In this document: positions 30,786 to 41,200 of the stretch, piece by piece | Layout of the letters: every line of letters starts with the position of its first letter | Numbering within the stretch: position 1 is the first letter of the stretch | Source of the DNA: Gammaproteobacteria bacterium | Lineage (GTDB): Bacteria > Pseudomonadota > Gammaproteobacteria > UBA9339 | NCBI GenBank assembly: GCA_045580225.1 | Contig: JAZNNJ010000014.1 | Span: 1,922 to 65,921 of the forward strand | Reading direction: 5' to 3' | Length of the DNA: 64,000 nt | The notes under the pieces: generated by a model | What the model was told of the DNA's origin: nothing | The model's database searches: none | What the model saw: the letters and a program-made list of their open reading frames with translations, nothing else | Made by a program: the position numbers and the translations under genes

Positions 30786-32987
30786 ATGAGTAAAAAGAAA
30801 TATCCAAAAATAAACCGAAACCAACACTCTCATAGAACCAATAACATCATTACATATTGTAAATTTTTTTTAGTCAGTGCTTTAACAATTTTCTGGTATC
30901 TAAGTTTATTTAGTTACTGTTCAGAAGATAATGCATGGTTTTTTGTATCCAATAATATTAATATCGGTAATCTAGGTAATTTTATTGGCGCATGGGTAAG
31001 CGATCTATCTTTCTGTTTCCTGGGATATTTTGCTTATTTACTACCAGGTTTAGTATGCTATCTGGTATTTATATCTTGCTTTAAACTTGAAGAAGCAATC
31101 AATATAAAAATTATTGGTTTATTATGTTTTGGAATAGCTTCACTCATAAGTAGTGAAAGTTATTTACCCTCTGCTTTCATGCCTGTATCTTCGGGAGGAA
31201 TTTGGGGACATTGTTTAAAAAATTACCTTTTGTATTATCTTGGTAATATAGGTATGCAAATTTTATTATTTACTCTATTTTTTATTGGTTTAACTGGTTT
31301 ATTTGGACCAAAATGGCTAAAATTAATCGATTATACTGGCAACTTAACTTTATGGTGCTTTAAATACCTTTCTTTTAAGAAAAAATCATTGGATACAGAA
31401 GATCAAGAAATACCCAAAAATAATAAAGACATTCCCAAAAACAATACAAAAATAAAAAGAAATCAAGTTATTAAAACTGTTCGACCATCTACAACTCACT
31501 GGACTTTTCCTCCTGTTGATCTATTAGACCCTCCCAACAAAAAGTCAACTAAAGAACTCACCGAAAAAGATCTAGATAAAATGTCTCGTAATGTAGAATT
31601 ACGTTTACGTGATTTTGGAATCAATGTCAAAGTAGTTGGAGCCCATACTGGACCAGTAGTTACTAGATTTGAATTAGAATTAGCAGCAGGTACCAAAGTA
31701 AGTCGTATTAGCACTTTATCTAAAGATTTAGCCAGATCTTTATCTGTCCCTAGCGTTCGAATTGTAGAAGTTATTCCTGGCAAACCAGTAGTAGGCTTAG
31801 AACTACCCAATCCCCAACGAGAAATAGTACGTTTAAGAGAAATTATCGCTTCTGAAACTTATGAACAATCTAAAGCCCCTCTAACTCTAGCTTTAGGTAA
31901 AGATATTAGCGGATATCCAGTAATTGTTGATTTAGCTAAAATGCCACATTTACTAGTAGCAGGGACTACTGGTTCCGGAAAATCGGTATGCGTTAACGCT
32001 TTAATTATAAGCTTGTTATATAAATATACCCCCCAAGAATTAAAAATTCTGCTGGTAGACCCAAAGATGTTAGAACTTTCAGTATACGCTGATATTCCTC
32101 ATTTATTAGTACCAGTAATTACTAATATGAAAGAGGTACCGTCAGTATTTCACTGGTGTATTCTGGAAATGGAAAAACGTTACCGTCTTATGTCAGAATT
32201 AGGAGTAAGAAACCTATCTGGATATAACCTCAAAATACGTGAAGCACAAAAAAATAATAAACCTATTATTAATCCGATAAAAACTAATAATAATAATAAT
32301 GATACTGAACCTGAATATCTAACAGAATTACCCTATTTGGTATTAGTTGCAGATGAATATGCAGATATGATGATGGTTGTAGGCAAAAAAATCGAAGAAT
32401 TAATTGCTCGTTTAGCTCAAAAAGCTAGGGCAGCTGGTATTCATTTAATATTAGCTACCCAACGTCCATCAGTAGATGTTGTAACGGGCTTAATTAAGGC
32501 TAATATTCCTTCACGCATTGCTTTCCAAGTATCATCCAAGATAGATTCGCGTACTATTTTAGATCAATCAGGTGCTGAACAATTGTTAGGTTACGGAGAT
32601 ATGTTATACTTAGCGCCAGGTTCAGGAGTACCCATTAGGGTACATGGAGCTTTTGTAAGCGATGATGAAGTTCATCGAATAGTCAATGCACTTAAAACTA
32701 ATGGTAAACCAGAATATTTATTAGATATGATCGATGAAAATTTAGAAGATTTTTCTTTAGATACCAAAATAGCTAATAATGATGATCCAGAAAAAGATCC
32801 TCTTTATGATCAGGCAGTACAAATTGTTATCGAAACTAATCGTGCATCTACTTCCAATATTCAACGACGATTTAAAATCGGTTATAATAGAGCTGCTCGC
32901 ATGATTGATGCTATGGAAAGTGCTGGAATTGTAGGACCTCTAGAAAAAAATGGTTCAAGGAGAGTTTTAATTAATAAAAATCAATGA
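30786..32987 (+). CDS. ftsK: DNA translocase FtsK
   Basis: 733 aa. N-terminal transmembrane domain, Walker A GTTGSGKS, ADEYADMMM, and a C-terminal gamma winged-helix domain. Confidence 0.95.
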   Translation: MSKKKYPKINRNQHSHRTNNIITYCKFFLVSALTIFWYLSLFSYCSEDNAWFFVSNNINIGNLGNFIGAWVSDLSFCFLGYFAYLLPGLVCYLVFISCFKLEEAINIKIIGLLCFGIASLISSESYLPSAFMPVSSGGIWGHCLKNYLLYYLGNIGMQILLFTLFFIGLTGLFGPKWLKLIDYTGNLTLWCFKYLSFKKKSLDTEDQEIPKNNKDIPKNNTKIKRNQVIKTVRPSTTHWTFPPVDLLDPPNKKSTKELTEKDLDKMSRNVELRLRDFGINVKVVGAHTGPVVTRFELELAAGTKVSRISTLSKDLARSLSVPSVRIVEVIPGKPVVGLELPNPQREIVRLREIIASETYEQSKAPLTLALGKDISGYPVIVDLAKMPHLLVAGTTGSGKSVCVNALIISLLYKYTPQELKILLVDPKMLELSVYADIPHLLVPVITNMKEVPSVFHWCILEMEKRYRLMSELGVRNLSGYNLKIREAQKNNKPIINPIKTNNNNNDTEPEYLTELPYLVLVADEYADMMMVVGKKIEELIARLAQKARAAGIHLILATQRPSVDVVTGLIKANIPSRIAFQVSSKIDSRTILDQSGAEQLLGYGDMLYLAPGSGVPIRVHGAFVSDDEVHRIVNALKTNGKPEYLLDMIDENLEDFSLDTKIANNDDPEKDPLYDQAVQIVIETNRASTSNIQRRFKIGYNRAARMIDAMESAGIVGPLEKNGSRRVLINKNQ

Positions 32988-33919
32988 ATATAAAAAAAAC
33001 ATTTTGCATTTTACCATCAGAAGTAGGACTGCGCGTCGACGTTGTATTAACAAAACGTTTAAATTACTCCCGAACAATTATAGCACAATGGTTGAAAACT
33101 AAAAAAATTTTACTTAACAATACCTTTATTTCTCCTAAAAAAAAGGTAAAACTGGGAGATATAATTGAAGTGAGTGTATCAATCGAGACATCCAATGAAG
33201 CTAAGGAAGATAATGGAATATTAACAGTTTTATTCGAAGATTCTGATATAATCGTTATCAATAAACCATCAGGACTAGTAGTCCATCCTGGAGCAGGAAT
33301 TAAAGAAGGAACTTTACTAAACCGCTTGTATTATCATTATCCAGAAACCAAAATTTTACCACGCGGTGGTATCGTACATCGACTAGATAAAGACACTACG
33401 GGATTAATGGTAATTGCTAAAAATTTAACTAGTCATCAAATCCTAGTTAAAATGTTTACTGAACGACAAATCAATAAAATCTACCGTGCTATCGTAATAG
33501 GAAAATTAATTACTGGAGGAAAAATTGAAGCAAATATCAATAGAAACCCTAATAATCGCACACTAAAACAAGTTTGTAACAATGGTGGTTTATATGCATT
33601 AACTTATTACAAAATCATAAAAAATTATCGTAACTTTACCGAATTACAAATTAAAATTGAAACGGGAAGAACTCATCAAATTCGTGTACATCTTAGCCAT
33701 TTAGGATTTCCGATAATCGGCGACCAAGCTTACAATCATCGCACTATATCCCCTAAAGTTGGACAAGTAATTATTGATAATCTTCCAATACGACAACTAT
33801 TACATGCAGAACAACTTAATTTTCTACACCCTACTAAAAAAATAACTATGGAATTTACAGCACCATTACCTAAAGATTTCATTGATTTCAAAACATTATT
33901 AGAACAAAACAACTTATAA
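32984..33919 (+). CDS. rluD: 23S rRNA pseudouridine synthase, RluD-like (RluA family)
   Basis: 311 aa. N-terminal S4 domain and the catalytic HRLDKDTTG motif. 4-nt overlap with ftsK. Confidence 0.82.
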   Translation: MNIKKTFCILPSEVGLRVDVVLTKRLNYSRTIIAQWLKTKKILLNNTFISPKKKVKLGDIIEVSVSIETSNEAKEDNGILTVLFEDSDIIVINKPSGLVVHPGAGIKEGTLLNRLYYHYPETKILPRGGIVHRLDKDTTGLMVIAKNLTSHQILVKMFTERQINKIYRAIVIGKLITGGKIEANINRNPNNRTLKQVCNNGGLYALTYYKIIKNYRNFTELQIKIETGRTHQIRVHLSHLGFPIIGDQAYNHRTISPKVGQVIIDNLPIRQLLHAEQLNFLHPTKKITMEFTAPLPKDFIDFKTLLEQNNL

Positions 33920-34034
33920 TGCAGATTAATAACTTTTCCAAATGCTATATAATTTTTACTCTAAAAATATTCTACCAATAACTCAATAAATCAATCTATA
34001 ATAGTAATCAATAAAATTTACATTTATCTAAAGA

Positions 34035-34871
34035 TCACATCGTTTTTTCTGTATATTTTTTACCATCTATCAATTCTTTACTCAATTTTTGATACAAAGA
34101 CATTACAAGAGACGGAGTAAGAATTAGTGACATGAATACTCTAAATGAAGTAATAATAGACACAAAACATAAAAAAGAAGTAGTAGACGTAAACGACAAT
34201 TCGTCAGAAATTGAAACAAAATACATCCCAATACAACTAGTAATCAAAAATGAAAATGCAGCAAAAATAAAAAAATACCAAATGATTTTAAACTTATGTA
34301 AATTAAATAACTGAAAAGCTAATCTAATCTTTTTAATTAAACTACCATCAGACACAAAAAGTAATACCGGAACAACTAATTTTTGAACAATCATCAACAT
34401 TATTCCGTAACTAATACAAAAAATACTACCAAAAATTTTTAATAACTCTGGGACAGAAGAACCTATTTTATTTACCCAAAATAGATAAATCAATAAAATT
34501 AAATTAGGTATGAATAATATTAAACTAACTGCTAAATATTTAAAAGAAAAAAATACGATATCTTTAAACCACCACTTAAAAGAATGTGATAGCGATTTAT
34601 TATCATCATAATTTTTCAAATTACGATATACCACCACTAGCATACCAGAATAACATAAATAAATAAAAAACAAGCCAAATACCACCAAGAACAAAAATAA
34701 ACAGGCACTAAATAAACTACTTGGTTTACCTAAAATATTTATAACTACTATATACGAAACTATTGATATAATCGACAAAAAAATTAATATAAAAACCTTC
34801 TTTTTTTCTTTAAAAATGAACCCTATTCTCGAAAAAGTATCTTTAACTATATTGGATAACTTTGTACTCAT
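34035..34871 (-). CDS. Multi-pass membrane protein of unknown function
   Basis: 278 aa with about 6 hydrophobic segments. No recognisable motif. Confidence 0.5.
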   Translation of the reverse strand: MSTKLSNIVKDTFSRIGFIFKEKKKVFILIFLSIISIVSYIVVINILGKPSSLFSACLFLFLVVFGLFFIYLCYSGMLVVVYRNLKNYDDNKSLSHSFKWWFKDIVFFSFKYLAVSLILFIPNLILLIYLFWVNKIGSSVPELLKIFGSIFCISYGIMLMIVQKLVVPVLLFVSDGSLIKKIRLAFQLFNLHKFKIIWYFFIFAAFSFLITSCIGMYFVSISDELSFTSTTSFLCFVSIITSFRVFMSLILTPSLVMSLYQKLSKELIDGKKYTEKTM

Positions 34872-34896
34872 AGTTCTATTTCTCCATAATATGTAC

Positions 34897-35640
34897 TTAC
34901 AATTTAACTTCTTTCATCCCCTTCATAATCAAATTACGTGCCTCAATAGCTTGCAATTTAGTTAAAGGTAATATTCCCTTTAAAGGGTAATCAATACCCA
35001 AGTTCTCATATTTAGCAATTGCCATATTGTGATAAGGTAATACATCTAAAGCCTTAATATTTTTTAATTCTGCTAAAAAAACTCCCAATTCCACTAAATA
35101 TTTTTCATCAAAAGTAATTCCAGGAACCACTACATGTCTAATCCAGACCGGTACTGATTTTTCAGACAAATACCTCGCAAAATCTAAAATATTTTTATTA
35201 GATACCCCTGTTAATTTTTTATGTTCACCATTATCAATGTGTTTTATATCCAACAAAACTAAATCTGTAAAACACAACAACTTATCGATTTTTCTCGTAT
35301 CTTTACGATCAAAAATAACTCCAGAAGTATCTAAAGCAGTATGAATATGATACTGCTTTGCATATTTAAACAATTCAATTACAAAATCAATTTGCACCAA
35401 AGGCTCACCACCAGTAACAGTAATTCCTCCTTTGACAAATTCTTTCACTCCATTATATCTATCGAAAATTTCCTCAACCGACATCTGTTGATTAACCTTA
35501 CTCGATAAACTATCTGGATTATGACAATATTTACAACGCAGCGGACATCCCTGCATAAAAACAACAAACCTAACCCCTGGCCCATCGACAGTACCACAAC
35601 TTTCAATTGAATGAATATTTCCTAATATTTTTTTCATCAA
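34897..35640 (-). CDS. pflA: Pyruvate formate-lyase activating enzyme (radical SAM)
   Basis: 247 aa. CPLRCKYCHNPD cluster motif and overall similarity to PflA. Confidence 0.92.
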   Translation of the reverse strand: MMKKILGNIHSIESCGTVDGPGVRFVVFMQGCPLRCKYCHNPDSLSSKVNQQMSVEEIFDRYNGVKEFVKGGITVTGGEPLVQIDFVIELFKYAKQYHIHTALDTSGVIFDRKDTRKIDKLLCFTDLVLLDIKHIDNGEHKKLTGVSNKNILDFARYLSEKSVPVWIRHVVVPGITFDEKYLVELGVFLAELKNIKALDVLPYHNMAIAKYENLGIDYPLKGILPLTKLQAIEARNLIMKGMKEVKL

Positions 35641-35643
35641 AAT

Positions 35644-35684
35644 AAAAAATACCCACTAAATCAAAACAATAAAAGCGGGTATTT
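35644..35684 (-). terminator. Possible terminator or attenuator between the glycyl-radical cistron and pflA
   Basis: On the minus strand: ATACCCGC...(19-nt loop)...GTGGGTAT (one mismatch) followed by TTTTTTATT. Confidence 0.35.
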
Positions 35685-35702
35685 ATCAATATACTAATAA
35701 CT

Positions 35703-35942
35703 CTACATAGAACCATGAAAAGTTCTAGATATTACATCATCCTGTTGCTCTTTAGTTAATTTAATAAAATTAACCGCATACCCAGAAACCCTTACCGTTA
35801 ATTGAGGATATCTCTCAGGATGCGCCTGAGCATCCAACAGAGTTTCTCGATTAAAAACATTAACATTCAAATGATGTCCCCCTTTTTCAACATATCCGTC
35901 TAAAAGACTAATTAAATTCTCTTCTTGTACCGTTGCTTTCAT
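35703..35942 (-). CDS. Stand-alone glycyl-radical domain (C-terminal piece of PflB; GrcA/YfiD-like)
   Basis: 79 aa. [26 protein letters not shown]...[35 protein letters not shown] equals the last ~75 residues of E. coli PflB, including the RVSGYAV radical glycine. It has its own RBS. Confidence 0.88.
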   Translation of the reverse strand: MKATVQEENLISLLDGYVEKGGHHLNVNVFNRETLLDAQAHPERYPQLTVRVSGYAVNFIKLTKEQQDDVISRTFHGSM

Positions 35943-35960
35943 ATATCACCTTCTTTATTA
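35943..35960 (-). promoter_or_regulatory. Intercistronic junction: TAA TAA AGA AGG TGA TAT then ATG (three in-frame stops plus a Shine-Dalgarno sequence)
   Basis: Read directly from the sequence. AAGGTGA is centred about 8 nt upstream of the ATG. The same SD form (AAGGTGA) is used by the gene at 11260. Confidence 0.75.
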
Positions 35961-38054
35961 ATCTAAATTAGTTTCACAACATCCACAATCAAAATTTACT
36001 TCTAAATCACTAACAAATACTTCATCCTTACCTAAAGCGTTAGGAATAATTGAAAAAGTATTTGAAATACCATCTTGAGCATAGTTAAATGGCAATTTAG
36101 CTACCGATGATAAAGAAGCTGCCGCACCATTAACATCACGACCGTGCATAGGATTAGCTCCAGGAGCTAATGGAATACCAGCTTTTCTACCATCTGGCGT
36201 ATTCCCAGTTTTTTTCCCATAAACAACGTTGGAAGTAATCGTTAAAATAGACATAGTTGGAATTGAATTACGATAAGTATAATGTTTCCTAATTTTAGCC
36301 ATAAAAGTCTTAACTAAATTCACGGCCAATTGATCAACACGATCATCATTATTTCCATATTTAGGAAAATCACCATTCACTTCATAGTCCACTACAATAC
36401 CACTTTCATCCCTAATAGTCTTCACCTTAGCATACTTTATTGCTGAAAGTGAATCAGCTACAACTGACAAACCAGCAATACCCGTAGCAAAATAACGTTT
36501 AACATCTCGATCATGAAGTGCCATTTGGGCTCTTTCGTAACAATACTTATCATGCATATAATGAATCACATTTAAAGTATTAACATACAAACCAGCTAAC
36601 CATTCCATCATATCATCATACCGTTCCATTACTTCATCGAAATTTAAATATTCCGAAGTAATTGGACGATATTTAGGACCAACTTGAACTTTTAAACGCT
36701 CATCAATTCCACCATTAATCGCATACAATAAACATTTAGCTAAATTAGCACGAGCGCCGAAAAATTGCATTTCTTTTCCCACAACCATTGAAGATACACA
36801 ACATGCAATTGCGTAATCATCTCCATGAGTAACTCGCATTAAATCATCATTTTCATATTGCACAGAAGAAGTTTTAATTGAAATATGAGCACAATATTGT
36901 TTAAAACCATAAGGCAAACGAGTCGACCATAAAACCGTCATGTTAGGTTCTGGTGCAGTACCTAAATTTTCTAAAGTACGCAAATATCTAAAAGAATTCT
37001 TGGTAACTAAAGGCCTTCCATCTACTCCAATTCCGCCAATTGATTCTGTAATCCACGTTGGATCTCCAGAAAATAATTCGTTATATTCTGGAGTTCTAGC
37101 AAATCTTACCAAACGTAATTTCATAATAAAATGGTCAATCATTTCCTGGGCTTCTACCTCAGTAATAACCCCTTCCTTCAAATCTCTTTCAATATAAATA
37201 TCCAAGAAAGTAGAAGTTCTTCCCAAACTCATTGCTGCTCCATTTTGCTCCTTGACCGCAGACAAATAACCAAAATATAACCATTGAATAGCTTCCTTTG
37301 CATTTCGTGCAGGTTGAGAAATATCAAAACCATAAATTTGGCCTAGCTTTTTCATTTCATCTAAAGCTCTAATCTGTTCCGCAATTTCTTCCCTTAATTG
37401 AATCCTATCTGGAATCATTTCTCCTTCTAAAGAAGCAAATTGCTCTTTCTTATCCTCAATTAAACGGTCAATACCATAAAGTGCAATCCTTCGATAGTCA
37501 CCAATAATACGCCCCCTTCCATAAGCATCCGGCAATCCAGTGATAATAGCAGAATGTCTAGCAGCTTTCATTTCTGGAGTATAAACATCAAATACCCCTT
37601 GGTTATGAGTTTTTCTAAACCTATTAAAAATATCAGAAACTTCCGAATCAACTTGGTACCCATAAGCTTTACACGCACTTTCTGCCATTCTAATTCCACC
37701 GAAAGGCTGCATAGAACGTTTTAAAGGAACATCCGTCTGCAAACCAACAATCACTTCTAAATCTTTATTAAGATAACCGGCATTATGCGAAGTAATAGTA
37801 GATACAACCTTTGTATCCATATCAATTACACCACCATTTTCACGCTCCTTTTTAGATAAATCAGAACATTCTTTCCATAATTTTAAAGTAGCTTCAGTTG
37901 GTCCTGTTAAAAAATCAGCATCACCTTCATATAAAGTATAATTACGCTGGATAAAATCCCTAACATTAATCTCTTGTTCCCATTTTCCACCTACAAACTT
38001 AGCTGCAGGATAAAATTTCTTTTCTACATCTTTCGTCATTTTTCCTCTACTCAC
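35958..38054 (-). CDS. pflB: Pyruvate formate-lyase core (lacks the glycyl-radical C-terminus)
   Basis: 698 aa. Colinear with E. coli PflB up to ...[11 protein letters not shown]. It contains the CC active site (IACCVS) and ends in a non-homologous tail, [21 protein letters not shown]. Confidence 0.9.
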   Translation of the reverse strand: MSRGKMTKDVEKKFYPAAKFVGGKWEQEINVRDFIQRNYTLYEGDADFLTGPTEATLKLWKECSDLSKKERENGGVIDMDTKVVSTITSHNAGYLNKDLEVIVGLQTDVPLKRSMQPFGGIRMAESACKAYGYQVDSEVSDIFNRFRKTHNQGVFDVYTPEMKAARHSAIITGLPDAYGRGRIIGDYRRIALYGIDRLIEDKKEQFASLEGEMIPDRIQLREEIAEQIRALDEMKKLGQIYGFDISQPARNAKEAIQWLYFGYLSAVKEQNGAAMSLGRTSTFLDIYIERDLKEGVITEVEAQEMIDHFIMKLRLVRFARTPEYNELFSGDPTWITESIGGIGVDGRPLVTKNSFRYLRTLENLGTAPEPNMTVLWSTRLPYGFKQYCAHISIKTSSVQYENDDLMRVTHGDDYAIACCVSSMVVGKEMQFFGARANLAKCLLYAINGGIDERLKVQVGPKYRPITSEYLNFDEVMERYDDMMEWLAGLYVNTLNVIHYMHDKYCYERAQMALHDRDVKRYFATGIAGLSVVADSLSAIKYAKVKTIRDESGIVVDYEVNGDFPKYGNNDDRVDQLAVNLVKTFMAKIRKHYTYRNSIPTMSILTITSNVVYGKKTGNTPDGRKAGIPLAPGANPMHGRDVNGAAASLSSVAKLPFNYAQDGISNTFSIIPNALGKDEVFVSDLEVNFDCGCCETNLD

Positions 38055-38202
38055 TTAACCACATTCTATCCAAATAATTTTAACTCATTTTTATTTTTGT
38101 ACAACTAAATTTTATAAAACATCCAATTTTATAAAATAACATCATACAATTACAAGGAAAACTCAGACATCCATGTCCAATTAATATCTTCCCTAATCAT
38201 AA

Positions 38203-41200
38203 TTAATTACCATTTTTATTTACTTCCAAATCTATGCTCAATTGAAATTCCTCATTAAGCTTTTGTAAAACTTTATTAGCTTCGACATTACCCACTTTAG
38301 CCATCACCATTAAATCTTTATTAATCAAATCTCCAATAATTTCATCTATGTCAACTACTCCTTCATCCACCAATCCTAATCCTTTGTAAATCCCATCAAA
38401 AATCTTTTCATTTATTTGATTATCTAACACAACAGGATGATTAACCTCATACCAAACTTTAATTAAAATACATAACTTATTTAACTGATTTTCATCACCG
38501 CTTTGATTTCCTAATAAAAATTTCAACCAATCTCTATTCAAATTTTTTATCTGTTGCACAAAAGTCGCAAAATTATCAAGGTTATTCCTTTGCTTATCAA
38601 ACAACAACTTAAACTTTCTTATCATTTTGCCACGCTCTTCGGTATTAACGACACACGATTTGATCTTAACACTAGACAATACTAATAAAGATAACTCATC
38701 ATTACTACTAACAAGATCATTAAAGCGCCTCCACGATAAAATAGGTTCACCAAACGCAGGCTGAGAATTAACTATTTCTATACTAATTTGTTTAAAGTTA
38801 TCAATTAATTTCATTATTTCAACATAATTACTATTATCAGTAGTAATTAATTTATTACAATGATCAACCAATACCTGTTTTAATAATTCCTTTTGTTTAT
38901 CGGATAAAGCGATATTTCGTAATTTACCAACCATATCCTCTAAGTTATTAACACCTGACAACATACTTAAACAGCGATTTAAATTTTCAAAAGTACTTGA
39001 CCACTCATCAAAATACTCACCAAATAACTTAACACCAACTTCTATAGATTTACTTTTTTCTACTACATCCCTCAAATCTTCATCCAACATCTCATCTTTT
39101 ATAAGATGCCTATTTAGATCACTTTCAATAATTTTTAAAATATCCTTCTTTTTATTGGCAACTGTTGTCCAGTCAAAAAAACATCCCATGTATTCCAAGA
39201 TTTTTTGAGATAATTTATCATCCTGGTTATCACTTAAACTAGACAATTCTATAAATAGATACTGTTCTACTGTAGTAAAACCAATTTTCTTAAGAAAATC
39301 CTTCGTATTTACTTTACCTAAAGCATCAAAATAAGCTCCTAACGAATTATATCTACCTCCAAAGACACCTGTTTTAATCCACAATGCAGCTCTAATTTTA
39401 TCATGGAGTTTTTCTTTAGATGTCAACTTTCCAACTATTTTCCAATTACTACAAATATCCAATAATGTATCCCCATCTGGACTATAATTATTAACCTTTA
39501 TTTTTAAAGCTTCAAAATCATCAAATTTTTCCTTCAATTCTACCCATTGCTTTAATTCATTAATATTTGCTATTCTTACCCTATTTATAATATTATTTAT
39601 CTTATTTTCTATTAAGCTACGATGATTAGGATATTCATTTAACAACATTAACCATTGTTCAACTTCACCTATATTACTAGAAACAGACATACCTTTTATA
39701 ATTTTTTCTATTTTTTTAGTTACTATTCCCGTAGGATTATTATAAGACTTGCCTAAGTCTAACCATGGCTTCAGTTCATCTATAGATTTTGGTTCAATCA
39801 TATCATTTACTTTTTCTATAATGATTTCCTTCAACTCTAGCCACTCTTGTACATATTCCTCATTTGTTTCAAAATCCCTCATTTTAACATTTACCAGTTT
39901 ATCTCCTTTTTCTAACCAACTTTTCAACTCATTTACGTCCTTTGGATCTTGAATATCAGTTATCAACCTAATAAACCAAAGAGCATTATCCCTAAAACAC
40001 TTTTGAATTTCACTATATCCTTCCATTTCAACCAAGTGATCGATAAAAACACGAGCTATTTTTTCAATTTGTAATTTAATTTCTTCAGAGACATTATCTA
40101 TATTTCGAATAATTTCATTCCAAAATTTAAATTTCAGACCATCACCCCAATCAGAATGCTCAATAAAATTCTCAATCCATTCAGAAAACTTTTCTTCGTT
40201 TTCTAATAAATCTTCTAAATTTAATACTCCATCTAATAACTCCTGTTCCGCTCTGTTAAAACCAACATATTCAAGAAATTGATCTTTATCTTCCTGTTCT
40301 ACTAAATTTAAACATTCTTTTAATAATTCGCTATCCTTAATTAATTCTAAAATACCGGTCGGCATAACCCCTACACTTCGTATTGCTCGCCAATAATTAC
40401 AATAAAATACTAATCTATCATCGTCTGTTTTATCTCCATCATTCAAATACTCTTCTATTCTATTTTCCATCAATTTATAATCTTGTATTTCAAAGAAATC
40501 CATAAGGTAATTGCGGCTCTGATATGTTTTTACTTGTTCATATAAATCGATTTCCTCATCAGAATTATTTTTAAATTTAACTCCAATGAAATGTTCAATA
40601 ACATCATCACTGACGACAAACTTATTCTCTACCCCCCAATCATAATTATCTTCCAAACGCTTTAAAATCGCCTGATACCAATCCTCTTGAGAAGAAAAAC
40701 ATTCACTTGGATAATCACTACTATCTAATTTAATATCTCCAGATAAATATTTATTAATTTCGCACAATCTTTGCAATTCTTTTAACTTATCATCTGATTC
40801 TTCCAAACACTTAAATTCCTTAAATGTAAAATCATTTTTTGCTAACGATAATAACCTTTCTTGATTTGTCTCAGATAGCTCAGAAAATTTAAAATCAATC
40901 GCTGACACATAAGATTTCAATAGTTTATTATCATCAATCCAATTAAATATATTTTCAGCAGTAATATTCAAATATTTTAAACCACGTTGATATTTAATAA
41001 GAAAAGTAATTTTTAACTTATCATTTAAACTACTAAAATAATTCTTTAATTCGTCCGCTTGTAATTTACCAGAAACTCTATCAAATATTTTATTTAGAAT
41101 TCCTTTACTTTCATCTACTTTTTTACTGTAATCACTTAATTCTTTTAACAGTTCATTTCGATTTTTATATATCTCTACCTGATCACATAATTTAACTGAA

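Noticed and set aside
35940-35962. The pflB interruption as a simple frameshift or sequencing error (ordinary pseudogene)
   Set aside because: Both pieces are in the same frame. They are separated by three stop codons, a well-placed AAGGTGA Shine-Dalgarno sequence and a new ATG. About 30 extra codons are inserted relative to E. coli PflB. A single-base error cannot produce this. Pseudogenisation by insertion is still possible and is noted in the finding.
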